Source: an uncultured delta proteobacterium
GTDB taxonomy: Bacteria; Desulfobacterota; BSN033; UBA1163
Direction: 5' to 3'
Length of the DNA: 64,000 nucleotides
Assembly (NCBI GenBank): GCA_963827685.1
Contig: CAWHBU010000001.1
Span: forward strand, 256,001 to 320,000
Positions 1-9,390 of the stretch are shown one piece after another. Each line of letters opens with the position of its first letter. Within the stretch, counting starts at the first letter, position 1. The notes under the pieces were generated by a model. That model did no database searches. It was not told the DNA's origin and worked only from the letters and a program-made list of their open reading frames with translations. A program made the position numbers and the translations under genes.

Positions 1-150
1 GAAAAGAAGGAGGAACTGATTAAGAACGTCACCAATGCCATTGCCGATACGCTTCGGATTCCAAAAGAACGGGTTCACATCGTCCTGAACGAAGTCCCAA
101 AAGAAAATATCGGCCGTGGTGGCGTGCCTCTTTCTAAAATAGATCAATGA
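1..150 (+). CDS. 4-oxalocrotonate tautomerase family protein, 3' part (runs off window)
   Basis: Frame 1 reads EKKEELIKNVTNAIADTLRIPKERVHIVLNEVPKENIGRGGVPLSKIDQ*, typical 4-OT C-terminal half. Confidence 0.85.
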   Translation, partial: EKKEELIKNVTNAIADTLRIPKERVHIVLNEVPKENIGRGGVPLSKIDQ

Positions 151-253
151 CGCCGATTCAACGGAGGCCAAGGAACAGGTGGATTAAAACAGCTATTGCA
201 TTATTTTCTGAATTCTGCTGTTCTGAATTCAGAAAATAATGTGGAGGTGCGAA

Positions 254-541
254 GTGCAAACAGCAAGATCCATCACAGCAGAAATTAAGTCCCGTGGCCA
301 GTTGACCATTCCTAAGAAAATTAGGGTCATGAGCCATCTCGAAGAAGGGCAAGTCGTCTCAATCATTCCGGTGGGCGATTCGGTCATTATTACCCCCAAG
401 AAACTTGAGCTCGACGAAGCAAGAAGAGAGATCAGAAAGATCGTTAGAGCGGTCGGCCTTACTCCTGAAGATCTCCTGGTAGGGCTCAAGGAAGAACGAG
501 AAAAGTTATATCAAGTGACCTATGGGAAAAAAAGTCGTTAG
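254..541 (+). CDS. AbrB/MazE/SpoVT-family antitoxin
   Basis: IKSRGQLTIPKKIR...LEEGQVVSII swapped-hairpin motif; GGAGG RBS before GTG 254. Confidence 0.85.
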   Translation: MQTARSITAEIKSRGQLTIPKKIRVMSHLEEGQVVSIIPVGDSVIITPKKLELDEARREIRKIVRAVGLTPEDLLVGLKEEREKLYQVTYGKKSR

Positions 542-638
542 GGAACTCGACAAGTATCCATTTCATGTCGTGACCCCCTCAGAATTTATTGATTCAATTC
601 TTCCTGAGGTTCTAAAAGGACTCGAAGAAAAAGAATGA
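522..638 (+). pseudogene. Internally deleted PIN-domain toxin remnant (38 aa)
   Basis: Overlaps antitoxin stop; MGKKVVR fused directly to a PIN-like C-terminus (YPFHVVTPSEFID); catalytic core absent. Confidence 0.6.
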
Positions 639-724
639 ATAAAGGTTGGTTCTCCTTACACCTCACGCCTCACGGTGTTTGATGCGTTATGCGAGATTCT
701 GTATGTGAGAAACGGAAAGTTTGA

Positions 725-1318
725 TTGATGAATAAGACTAAAAAACCCAGTCTCTATGTCATCGCCGGCCCAAATGGCTCGGGGAAGACAACCTTTTCCA
801 AAAAGTTTCTTCCTGATTATGTGGAATGTTTGGAATTTGTCAATGTTGATCTTATCGCCAAAGGTCTCTCTCCGTTTACCCCGGGAAGGGCGATGCTTCA
901 AGCAGGAAGGATTATGCTAGAACAAATCCATTCTTTGGGTAACCGCGGCATTGATTTTGGTTTTGAAACGACGCTTGCCGGAAAGACCTACCTTAGACTG
1001 CTGAATGAATTGAAACAGAAAGGCTACTCTATCCATCTTTTCTTCCTGTGGATTAAAAGCGTAAAACTCGCCCTGGAGCGTATTGAATTACGTGTTCAAC
1101 AAGGGGGACATTCTATTCCAGAAGCGACGGTTCGGCGTCGCTTTCGAAGAGGAATTCTTAACTTTTTCAATGAGTACCAACCTATTGTTGATTCATGGGT
1201 CATTTTTGACAATTCAGAAGACATTCCTAAAATGATTGCATTTAAAGAATCCGGAAAATTAGAAATCCTTGATTCTGCGTCATTTGACATGTTATTAAAA
1301 TATAAGGATCAAAAATGA
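725..1318 (+). CDS. Zeta-toxin/AAA_33-like P-loop ATPase (COG4185-like)
   Basis: IAGPNGSGKTT Walker A, FVNVDLIA, FETTL, RVQQGGHSIP motifs. Confidence 0.9.
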   Translation: MMNKTKKPSLYVIAGPNGSGKTTFSKKFLPDYVECLEFVNVDLIAKGLSPFTPGRAMLQAGRIMLEQIHSLGNRGIDFGFETTLAGKTYLRLLNELKQKGYSIHLFFLWIKSVKLALERIELRVQQGGHSIPEATVRRRFRRGILNFFNEYQPIVDSWVIFDNSEDIPKMIAFKESGKLEILDSASFDMLLKYKDQK

Positions 1319-1530
1319 AGACCCGCGGGAAAAAGAACCATAAGTTTTTAGCCTACATGGCCGAAAAAGCCTTTAAAGAGGCTGTTGCTGAAGCGATTGA
1401 TGAACACCGGCGGAACGGTGTTCCGATTGCCGTATGGCGTAATGGGAAAGTCGTGCTTGTACCTCCTTCTCAAATGATGGTCCGTGAGCCTCAAACCGAA
1501 TATCTCGTCTCAAAAAAAAAGAACCGCTAG
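1315..1530 (+). CDS. Small hypothetical protein, probable partner/antitoxin of the zeta-like ATPase
   Basis: ATGA overlap with upstream gene; AVAEAIDEHRRNGVPIAVWRNGKVV pattern common beside this ATPase family. Confidence 0.7.
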   Translation: MKTRGKKNHKFLAYMAEKAFKEAVAEAIDEHRRNGVPIAVWRNGKVVLVPPSQMMVREPQTEYLVSKKKNR

Positions 1531-1933
1531 AGTAGAAAGGCATCTGCCTTCGGCACTCAGCATCCGGGTGTCAGCGATCAGGAATTAGGGATCAACTGTC
1601 TGCCGTCGGCGTTCAGGTATATCTCCGCGCCTCCTCCATTCCGCAATCCGCAATCCGCATTTGGGATGCTCCAGAAAAATAGAAAGGTGAGGGTGGATGG
1701 GTTAATTCAACTTTCAAGACCATGACACCTTTGACTGTTCCAAAGTTGCATTTCAATAAAAAGATAAAAAGTGACATTTATTGTCGGCTCACCGATAGAC
1801 ACTTCATCCCGCTATACGTGATACATCTTGTTTTCTCTTATGATATTGATACCTTTAACTACCTGGCATCATTCTTGCTGAGAAAAGAATAGAAGTAAAA
1901 CGAGGAGAACAAAGCCAAACGGCGAGTAATCGA

Positions 1934-2037
1934 CCCATTCGACTTTTCGGTCTGAAGCCCGGGGTATGCTCAGGGTTGATACTGAGCGGCGCTTTCCCAC
2001 CCCGATTTAGAAATGGGGTTTGGCGCCGTCGAACGTA
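1934..2037. repeat. MITE/REP-like element (family shared with 40457..40586)
   Basis: Short imperfect terminal IRs (CATTCGAC...GTCGAACG), internal hairpins; aligns to reverse complement of 40457..40586. Confidence 0.55.
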
Positions 2038-2088
2038 TCAATGGGGCCCTGTGTGACCGGTGTATCTGAGCGGCCAAGTTTGAGGTAG

Positions 2089-2991
2089 ATGGTGGAGCAA
2101 GGGAGTTTTCAAGGAATTGCGGCAGGCGTAGAACGAATCATGGAGAATGCCCGTTCCGACCTGAGAGAGGCGATGGACCAATTTGAGGAACTATGCTTGA
2201 CGATTACCGAGGAGAGGGATGTTCCAATAGATATCATTACCGAGACCCGCCAAACCTATAAAAAAATTCAGGATCAACTCACGAAGATCAGCGGAGCCAG
2301 GCAACTCTTAGAAGGCAAATACAGGCACTATTATCGCCGTAACTATCAGCGCGAAAAAGAAATCATGCAAATTGCATTTTTGGCTAAGAGTTTGTACCTG
2401 ACATTCGAGGAAACAGAAGCAAAGCGCAAGCTAAAGGGTATGGAAGAATATTCTGAGGCGCACAGTCAGCCAATACCGTTTCCATGGTTTCAATCCAAGG
2501 AAAATCAGATCCTTCTTTTAAGAAATCTACGCAATCTAGACGAGTTGGACTATAAAACCAAATTTGAATTGGGATTTGAGCGGAGACAAGAGGTAATCCA
2601 GAACGCGATTCGAAGCATCTTCCTCTTTGCCTTATTAGGGGAGGCAAAGTTGATCGATATCCTTCAATCCCGCATGCGATTCCGAGAATATGATATCACA
2701 GAGCGTTATAAAGAGGACGAGTTCCGTGGGGCTTTAACCCGCTTAAAGGAGGTATCTCCTTCAGAAGTACAGAAGGTCCTTCGACGCATCGTAGGCACCA
2801 GTGAATTTTTGAAACTGAAATGCTTGCTTCTTAGGATTCAATCTCAAGATGATCTCAAAAAAGCGACCGTACGTTCTGCAGAAGATATTTTACGAGGGAT
2901 GGGCTCAATCATCTCAACCATATTGAAAAGTCAGTACATCACAGGAACCCACATTGGGTGCCAGGTCTATACTATTGATAGATCATTCTAA
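2089..2991 (+). CDS. Hypothetical protein, N-terminal coiled coil plus degenerate GGDEF-like C-terminal domain; paralog of 63585..64000; native C-terminus probably replaced after ~2900
   Basis: Shared blocks with the 63.6 kb ORF: NLRxLxELDY, RxRExDIxERY, LKCLLL; similarity ends at GMG (~2900). Confidence 0.7.
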   Translation: MVEQGSFQGIAAGVERIMENARSDLREAMDQFEELCLTITEERDVPIDIITETRQTYKKIQDQLTKISGARQLLEGKYRHYYRRNYQREKEIMQIAFLAKSLYLTFEETEAKRKLKGMEEYSEAHSQPIPFPWFQSKENQILLLRNLRNLDELDYKTKFELGFERRQEVIQNAIRSIFLFALLGEAKLIDILQSRMRFREYDITERYKEDEFRGALTRLKEVSPSEVQKVLRRIVGTSEFLKLKCLLLRIQSQDDLKKATVRSAEDILRGMGSIISTILKSQYITGTHIGCQVYTIDRSF

Positions 2992-3165
2992 TTTGGGATG
3001 TTCCTACATTCATTGAAACAGTTTAGGATAAGGAAAGTAACAAAGGATAAATGAAATATTAGGATTTCAAAAGAGGCTGTTATATACTTTAGGTTTTCCT
3101 TCCCAATGTTTTTTACAAGATGTCTACAAACCTTGAGAAAACGATAAAATGCGTGTTGAGCAGGG

Positions 3166-4479
3166 TTATGTCCCTTGATCCTCCAGAGGCCCCGTCAACA
3201 GTGAGTCCTGCAAAATGATCCCCTTCTCCGCATAAATGGGGTGGACCATTTTTCTCAAAGAGGGAAGTTTTTTGGCAAAGAGGACCGAACCAAAAATACA
3301 TAGGATGCCGCCGATCATCGTCGTCCCGGGTGCTCCGATTGCACTCGCTAAGCTGCCAGCGAAGAGACTGCCAAAAGGAACCATTCCCATGAAGGCCATG
3401 GCATAAAAACTCATCACCCGTCCCCGCTTATCCTCGTCCACAATGGTCTGAAGCAGCGTGTTTGTCGAGGTCATTTGAACCATCATTCCAAATCCTGTGG
3501 GGACCATCATCGCCATGGATAACCAAAACAGGCGAGAGAAGGAAAATCCTATGAGCCCGATTCCAAAGAGGCTCGAAGCGATGATAACAATTCGTCCCAA
3601 GCCGAGGACACTCCTCCGTGACGCAAGAAAAATGGCTCCTGCCAGAGCTCCCACGCCCGTAGCCCCGAGAAGAAAACCGAGCGTTTGCGGTCCACCGTGA
3701 AGGATCTTTCCCGCAAAAACAGGCATGAGGACGGTGTAGGGCATTCCCATGAAACTGATGAGCGCAAGCAGAAGAAGCAGGGACCGGATGGGGACAAATC
3801 CGAAGGCGTAGCGATAGCCTTCTTTTAAACCCTGCCATAACGGAGTGCTCTGTCTGTCTTTCTTTTTCGGGGTAATTCGCATCGCTAAAAGGGCTGCGAT
3901 CACCGTGATAAAGCTCAATCCGTTCAGAAGGAAACACAATCCTTCCCCCAAAGCAGCGATCAGCATCCCTGCCACCGAGGGGCCGACCAAGCGGGCACCA
4001 TTCACCATTGAAGAGTTAAGGGCGATGGCATTCCCCAGATCCTCCCGCCGCTCGATCATATCCACGACAAAGGATTGACGAACAGGGATATCAAAGGCGT
4101 TTATTAGACCGAGAAAAAAGGCCAAAGCGATGATTTGCCAGATGACAATCGTTTCCGTCAGGACCAGGGCTGCCAGGATCAGCGCTTGAATCATGGAAAG
4201 GACTTGGGTGGCCACAAGAAGGTGGTGGCGATTCCATCGGTCCACGAGTACGCCGGCGAAAGAGGCAAGTAGGAAAGTGGGAATCCGACCGGCGAAGCCC
4301 ACCACGCCCAGTAGAAAGCTTGATTGTGTTAATCGAAATACCAACCAGCTGATGGCAGTGAGCTGGAGCCAGGTGCCGATCAACGAAATGCTCTGGCCGC
4401 CAAAGAAGAGGCGGTAATTTCGGTGCGAGAGGGCACGGAAGATCAGGCCTAAGCCTTTGGGATTCGGGGAAAAATTCAT
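3166..4479 (-). CDS. MFS transporter (MFS_3/DUF894-like)
   Basis: FRALSHRNYRLFFGGQSISLIGTW start, 12 hydrophobic segments, RGRVMSFY motif. Confidence 0.92.
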   Translation of the reverse strand: MNFSPNPKGLGLIFRALSHRNYRLFFGGQSISLIGTWLQLTAISWLVFRLTQSSFLLGVVGFAGRIPTFLLASFAGVLVDRWNRHHLLVATQVLSMIQALILAALVLTETIVIWQIIALAFFLGLINAFDIPVRQSFVVDMIERREDLGNAIALNSSMVNGARLVGPSVAGMLIAALGEGLCFLLNGLSFITVIAALLAMRITPKKKDRQSTPLWQGLKEGYRYAFGFVPIRSLLLLLALISFMGMPYTVLMPVFAGKILHGGPQTLGFLLGATGVGALAGAIFLASRRSVLGLGRIVIIASSLFGIGLIGFSFSRLFWLSMAMMVPTGFGMMVQMTSTNTLLQTIVDEDKRGRVMSFYAMAFMGMVPFGSLFAGSLASAIGAPGTTMIGGILCIFGSVLFAKKLPSLRKMVHPIYAEKGIILQDSLLTGPLEDQGT

Positions 4480-4560
4480 TCCTTATTCCTATTTCAATTT
4501 TTTCAGTATATCCGATAGGTGACCATGAATTCAATGGATGGCCTGAACCAAGGGTTATCG

Positions 4561-4622
4561 AGGGGATAGGGTCAGGTCTTGCAATCACACAGTTCATAAA
4601 ACAAGAGAGGTGTCATCCATAA
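4561..4622 (+). repeat. Composite array repeat copy (GGGTCAGGTCTTGCAATCACAC...CATCCATAA)
   Basis: Near-identical to 7481..7553 and 9391..9462. Confidence 0.9.
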
Positions 4623-4939
4623 TAGGGCAGATGGGGGGACGCGGAGATACGGTGAACAGAGATGAGGAGATATGGAAACATCTAGGATTGCGGAGTACGG
4701 AGTTAATAAAACAACGAATGAATAAGTTATCGGGTTACTAAGTGATTAAGTGTCTTTGCCAGAATTTGGGTTGGCGGACAGTATCAAGACAACCCCTCCT
4801 GCAATTTCACCTGCTACTGTCCGCTCCCGACAGATCAACTTTTCTAGGCTTTTTTTCAGCCTACTTTCTATGCTCCTCCTCCCCTCTTCCAGATTTTCCT
4901 TGAGACTTTTGTAGTTGTCTTTGTTGCTGAATAGTCTTT

Positions 4940-5047
4940 GGGGTCAAAGCTACATTATACACTTTGCTTGATAGAGATCAGAGGGGGCGTCCATAAGATT
5001 ATAAGAATCTTAAAAGGGATTTAGCTCATCCATAAAAAAGTTGGCCC
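4940..5047 (+). repeat. Divergent array repeat parts: GGGGTCAAAGCTACATTATACACTTT (4940), GGGGCGTCCATAA (~4984), CATCCATAAAAAAGTTGGCCC (5027)
   Basis: Same GGGGTCA and CATCCATAAAAAAGTTGGC cores as the other copies. Confidence 0.7.
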
Positions 5048-5426
5048 ATTCGAATGCGGAATGCAGATTGCGGATTGCGGAATGCAAATTGTAAACGCGA
5101 ATTCCAGAGTCATTGGATCATTTGGGATATTCCAAAAGTAAGTCCTGGTAGAACTCCGAAGACAACTTAAAAATAGATAGAATGTCAACCTTGTTCAAAA
5201 TAGGATTCTCAACGCAGAGACGCAAAGGACGCGGAGAAGAGGAACTGGCATGAAGATTGGGATCATCGGGAATACGAGAGACATCGTGAGGAAATGTGGG
5301 ATACCAAATTCTATGGGGTCCAGTGGATTCAGACTTGAAAATTGAGATTCGCGGTAATCTGTATGGTGGAACTTGACGGTCAGACAATCGGAAAACGTCC
5401 TAGAAAATGATCAGTCACTATTTCCT

Positions 5427-6032
5427 ATGGAGCCTATAAATCTAAATCTCATCCAAGAAATTTATCACCTCTGGGAACCAGTTTACCCCTATTTAGGCCA
5501 ACAGATCCACGAACTTTATCACCGCCAAGATGGAAACATTCTGGAAATTGGGCCATTCAGTGGCGTCATTTTTAATTTACAAAAAAGGAATATAGGCAGT
5601 TCCTTCTTAATTGCAACTTTCCCGTCTGGAATGGGTAATTATTTTCAAGAAGAGGCAATAAAACAAAAGGTGAATGATAAGATCAGGGTCATTGGAACTG
5701 ATCCAGCTTTAACCGGTATAGAAGAAAACAACATAGACCTTGCTATTTTCAGAGGAGCTTTTTTCTTTCCTTCGCTGTTTAAAGTTAATTTTTCAGTAAT
5801 TTATCGAATTTTAAAAACAAATGGGATTGCATTTATTGGAGGAGGATTTGGTAAATTCACCCCAAATAGCGTCATTAAGGACATTGGAAAGAGGTCACGG
5901 GAACTCAACCTTCAGATTGGTAAGATTGAGATAAACGAGGATAGATTACGACAAGATATCCAAATTGAGGGTATAGAAGGGGAAATCAAAATTATCTCTG
6001 AAGGGGGATTATGGGTTTTGATGAAAAAGTAG
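5427..6032 (+). CDS. Class I SAM-dependent methyltransferase-like protein (divergent)
   Basis: ILEIGPFSG motif I variant, IDLAIFRGAFFF, YRILKTNGIAFIGGGFG. Confidence 0.75.
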   Translation: MEPINLNLIQEIYHLWEPVYPYLGQQIHELYHRQDGNILEIGPFSGVIFNLQKRNIGSSFLIATFPSGMGNYFQEEAIKQKVNDKIRVIGTDPALTGIEENNIDLAIFRGAFFFPSLFKVNFSVIYRILKTNGIAFIGGGFGKFTPNSVIKDIGKRSRELNLQIGKIEINEDRLRQDIQIEGIEGEIKIISEGGLWVLMKK

Positions 6033-6040
6033 TGCGGATC

Positions 6041-6100
6041 AGGGCTGCGGGGTCAGGCTTGGGATATTGCGATTTGGTGGCCTCCATAAAAAAGTTGGCC
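6041..6100 (+). repeat. Composite array repeat copy (short form)
   Basis: AGGGCTGCGGGGTCAGGCTTGGGATATTGCGATTT joined directly to GGTGGCCTCCATAAAAAAGTTGGCC. Confidence 0.85.
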
Positions 6101-6472
6101 GTACCAAAGGTATTCGATGAAAAAACAATGGTAAAAATTGGGATGATTTCACGCCGTGAGCCATTCAAAAAGTTTGACGAAGAATAAAAAGGAGCAATGA
6201 GACAAATCGAATATTGACATTTTTCGCTAATATCCTTCCAAAATTTCCAAGTTTCTAGATAACAGCATTATCTTTAAACTCTTGTGTGTGGTTCTAAGGC
6301 TCGAATATTATTGTTTTTTTAGATTTTCCTAATTCTTATATTGAATTGGCACAAGATGTGCTATATTAAATTTGTTTCCGCCATTAATATTTATTGACCT
6401 AATCAGGATTATTGTGATCTTTTGTTTGTACTCTGATATATCTTCGGTTAAAATTCCATTAGAGATACAAGA

Positions 6473-7054
6473 ATGATGCATATGCAGGATGTAGCGAAAG
6501 AGAAAAGAATTAACGCTATCCGTTATTTTTGCAAGAATACCAAGGACCTTACCGAAACAAAACTTTACAAGCTTCTTTATTTTCTAGATTTCCTTCATTT
6601 CAAAGAAGTTGGAAGACCGGTCACGGACCTTGAATATTTTGCCTGGAATTACGGCCCTGTCCCAGCGAAACTTTTTTTTGAAATAAAAGAGAAAAAGGCT
6701 CCTAAGGAAATATTGATGTGCATCATAGAAGAGAAGGACGCAGAAACAGGCAAAAAAGTGAAGACTTCTTTTAAATCCTTGCAGGCTCCTGACCTAAATG
6801 TATTCTCAGAGAGAGAGATTGAAATTTTGGAGAGGGTAGCATTTATTTTTAAGGATGCCAAAGCCAAGGATATGACTGAAATAACTCATTTAAAAAATGA
6901 ACCTTGGCATAAAACTCTTGAGTCGAAAGGGGAAAAGTCAAAGATAGATTTCTTATTATCCCTGGATAAGGATGCGAAGATTGATAAAGACCTAGCAACG
7001 GAGCGTCTGCAATTATCAAATGAGATGAAGCAGCTTTTTGGAAGTGAAAAATAA
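6473..7054 (+). CDS. Panacea-domain (DUF4065/SocA-like) antitoxin
   Basis: TKLYKLLYFLDF, Y.AWNYGPVP, THLKNEPW motifs. Confidence 0.9.
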   Translation: MMHMQDVAKEKRINAIRYFCKNTKDLTETKLYKLLYFLDFLHFKEVGRPVTDLEYFAWNYGPVPAKLFFEIKEKKAPKEILMCIIEEKDAETGKKVKTSFKSLQAPDLNVFSEREIEILERVAFIFKDAKAKDMTEITHLKNEPWHKTLESKGEKSKIDFLLSLDKDAKIDKDLATERLQLSNEMKQLFGSEK

Positions 7055-7063
7055 GGGAATAGA

Positions 7064-7468
7064 TTGGAAAAGGGAACCATTCTATTTCACGAAAAATTTA
7101 GATTTGTTAATGGGGAATTAGGTGAGAAGTTATTAATCATTTTAAACACCCCAGACCCTAAAGTAGAACCATATCTCCTTTGTCGAGTCACTTCTCAGGA
7201 AAGCAACAAACCAAAGATCTTTGGGTGCCACCAAGACTTGTCCCTCTTTTTTCTTCCTGCCAACCATGATTTTTTTGAAAAGGATACTTGGGTTCAATTT
7301 TATGAAATTTTCCCGTTTGAGGCAACCACACTTCTTCGGGATCATTTCAATAAACAATTAAGCGTATTAGGGAAACTTAAGGATTTGACAATCCAGCAAA
7401 TGATGAATTGCATCCGAAAGATTAAAGATATATCAGTGATACATAAAAAAATGATTTTGAAAAAATAA
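7064..7468 (+). CDS. Putative toxin partner of Panacea antitoxin (possibly PemK/MazF-like fold)
   Basis: 9 bp downstream of antitoxin; GTIL...F.F..G..KLLIILN...YLLCRVTSQ resembles PemK-like beta pattern. Confidence 0.55.
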   Translation: MEKGTILFHEKFRFVNGELGEKLLIILNTPDPKVEPYLLCRVTSQESNKPKIFGCHQDLSLFFLPANHDFFEKDTWVQFYEIFPFEATTLLRDHFNKQLSVLGKLKDLTIQQMMNCIRKIKDISVIHKKMILKK

Positions 7469-7480
7469 ATCAATATCTTG

Positions 7481-7553
7481 AGGGCTCTGGGGCCAGGTCT
7501 TGCAATCACACATTTCATAAAACAAGAGAGGTATCATCCATAAAAAAGTTGGC
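7481..7553 (+). repeat. Composite array repeat copy (full form)
   Basis: AGGGCTCTGGGGCCAGGTCTTGCAATCACACATTTCATAAAACAAGAGAGGTATCATCCATAAAAAAGTTGGC. Confidence 0.92.
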
Positions 7554-7632
7554 ACAGATTTCCCAGGTGAAACCTTCGGTGTCCTTATAATATAAAGGGC
7601 CTGATCTGCAGGCTGCCAATTCTTAAATCCAC

Positions 7633-8142
7633 TTACCACAAGGAAAGCTTCTCTACTGCCAAACGAGCGGCTTTTTCTATATCTGTTGAGAATAAGGAAT
7701 TCATCTCAACCATCGAACGGCCCAATACCCGACCCGTTTCGGTATCGATGATCTTCACCTGAAGGTACCAACTCAAAAGGCTTGGAGAGTAAATCATTCC
7801 CGTTATCAGGGCCTGGGCACCCACCCTCCTACCAATCTTTAATCTGGTTGCATCATCCAGTTGGTTAAGATTGAATTTCTCTTCTTGAGGGTTGTCCAAG
7901 AACTGCCGCCCGCCCAAAATTGAAATCTGCGGGAATCTCTCGTGAAAATTCCGGGCAAAGGCCTTAGCCACTTCGCCAGTATCATCTCCTTCAAAGGGAA
8001 GGACTGCAATGTTTTCGTATTTTAAGAATTCTTTTCTGAGAAAACCACCCCCACCTGGCTGGGCACAGCCCGTGACAGAGAGAACGATCAATAGAAACAA
8101 ACAGAGAGAGATACAGACTTTCCCCTTCCCTTTTCTTTTCAT
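7633..8142 (-). CDS. Lipoprotein, CsgG/HfaB/LpoB-like domain
   Basis: Signal peptide with lipobox VTGC; IAVLPFEG, IGRRVGAQALITG, VKIIDTETGRVL. Confidence 0.8.
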   Translation of the reverse strand: MKRKGKGKVCISLCLFLLIVLSVTGCAQPGGGGFLRKEFLKYENIAVLPFEGDDTGEVAKAFARNFHERFPQISILGGRQFLDNPQEEKFNLNQLDDATRLKIGRRVGAQALITGMIYSPSLLSWYLQVKIIDTETGRVLGRSMVEMNSLFSTDIEKAARLAVEKLSLW

Positions 8143-8193
8143 TCCGGTCCTCCTAAAATATTGTAACTCCCCTTCTCTTTTCCCTCAAGAGCT

Positions 8194-8228
8194 ACAGCCT
8201 GGGGGTCAGGCAACGGTAATTCGGTATT
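8194..8228 (+). repeat. Divergent GGGGTCAGG array repeat (first part only)
   Basis: ACAGCCTGGGGGTCAGGCAACGGTAATTCGGTATT, same length and ATT end as other first parts. Confidence 0.55.
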
Positions 8229-8476
8229 GGCGTAAATCTTGAGAGAAATGTAACGATTGAAGAATTGCCCCCATGATCCACTTTTTCTTCCTGAAAGAGT
8301 GATTTTCAAATATTGCTAGGCCATCCAACATTTCACTTGGTAATCCCGAAAGCCGAAGCTTACGCCCTTACGCTTTCTTAAAAGCCAACACTAATACCAA
8401 AATCAAAAATTCAATCGTCCTTAAACAATTTTGACTTTTTCACTCAGGGTCGGCTAAAATTGGTTCGAGCATTAGG

Positions 8477-9382
8477 ATGGGGCACTCTCTCATGGTAGAA
8501 AAAATGGGAATGGAACCTTCCAAATATACAATTCTTGTCGTGGATGATAAAGAGTTATTAAGAAACCTAGTCGACACTTTTCTATCCAAACTGGGACATT
8601 CATGCGTCACAGCAATTGATGGAGTTGATGCTCTGGAGAAAATGAAGGGAAATAAAATCGATGCCGTAGTAACAGACATGAGAATGCCCAACATGGATGG
8701 AATTACTCTTACAAGTAAGATTTCAATACAATACCCTGGACTCCCGGTAATGATCATGACAGCGTTTGACGAAGGAGATACTGCAGGATTAGCAATTACT
8801 GTTGGGGCTCGAGAATTTATAAGAAAGCCATTCTCTCTAGATGAGTTTTCCGTTAGATTACATAAGATGATCAATGACTCGGAAGCTCAAAGGGGAATGA
8901 AGAAGGATAAAGACATAGATAAGTTTATCGAAGAATTTATGAATGAGTTAGAGCCTCCGAAGCAAATGAAGAGGGAAAAGGGTGTAGAGGATGGGTCGCG
9001 AGAACTTTTAGATGAGTTAGACCCCCGTCGTTATGCCCACAAAGAAATGAATAAAGACACCGATGCCTTTTTGCAACATTGTCGGCAGATCCATTTACTT
9101 GCCCTACGATTGGCAGAACACAACATCTCTATTTATAGCCATTCCTTCGATATGCTCGCATTTGGCAGCTGGGTTCTTGTCATGGGAACGCGCAAGGATC
9201 GTATTAGGGTTACTTGGGAGGGAAAGGACGGTATCCTTAAAACCGAAAGAGCTTCAATCCCAGATTCTGAGACTATAATCCGATGGCAAGAAATAACATC
9301 GGAAATAGAAAACACCTTGCCAAATGCTGAAAGCACATTCAAATCTATTGAAGAATTTGTTAAGAAAAACATCAAGGCATAA
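8477..9382 (+). CDS. Response regulator receiver domain fused in frame to an unrelated 111-aa cassette-like ORF (9047..9382)
   Basis: ILVVDD, VVTDMRMPNMDG, FIRKPF receiver motifs; abrupt change after DELDP at ~9026. Confidence 0.8.
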   Translation: MGHSLMVEKMGMEPSKYTILVVDDKELLRNLVDTFLSKLGHSCVTAIDGVDALEKMKGNKIDAVVTDMRMPNMDGITLTSKISIQYPGLPVMIMTAFDEGDTAGLAITVGAREFIRKPFSLDEFSVRLHKMINDSEAQRGMKKDKDIDKFIEEFMNELEPPKQMKREKGVEDGSRELLDELDPRRYAHKEMNKDTDAFLQHCRQIHLLALRLAEHNISIYSHSFDMLAFGSWVLVMGTRKDRIRVTWEGKDGILKTERASIPDSETIIRWQEITSEIENTLPNAESTFKSIEEFVKKNIKA

Positions 9383-9390
9383 CAAGGGAA
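9030..9390 (+). mobile_element. Integron-type gene cassette remnant with truncated attC
   Basis: Starts GTTATGCC (9030), ATG 9047, stop lies in perfectly complementary GGCATAAC (9376..9383). Confidence 0.6.
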
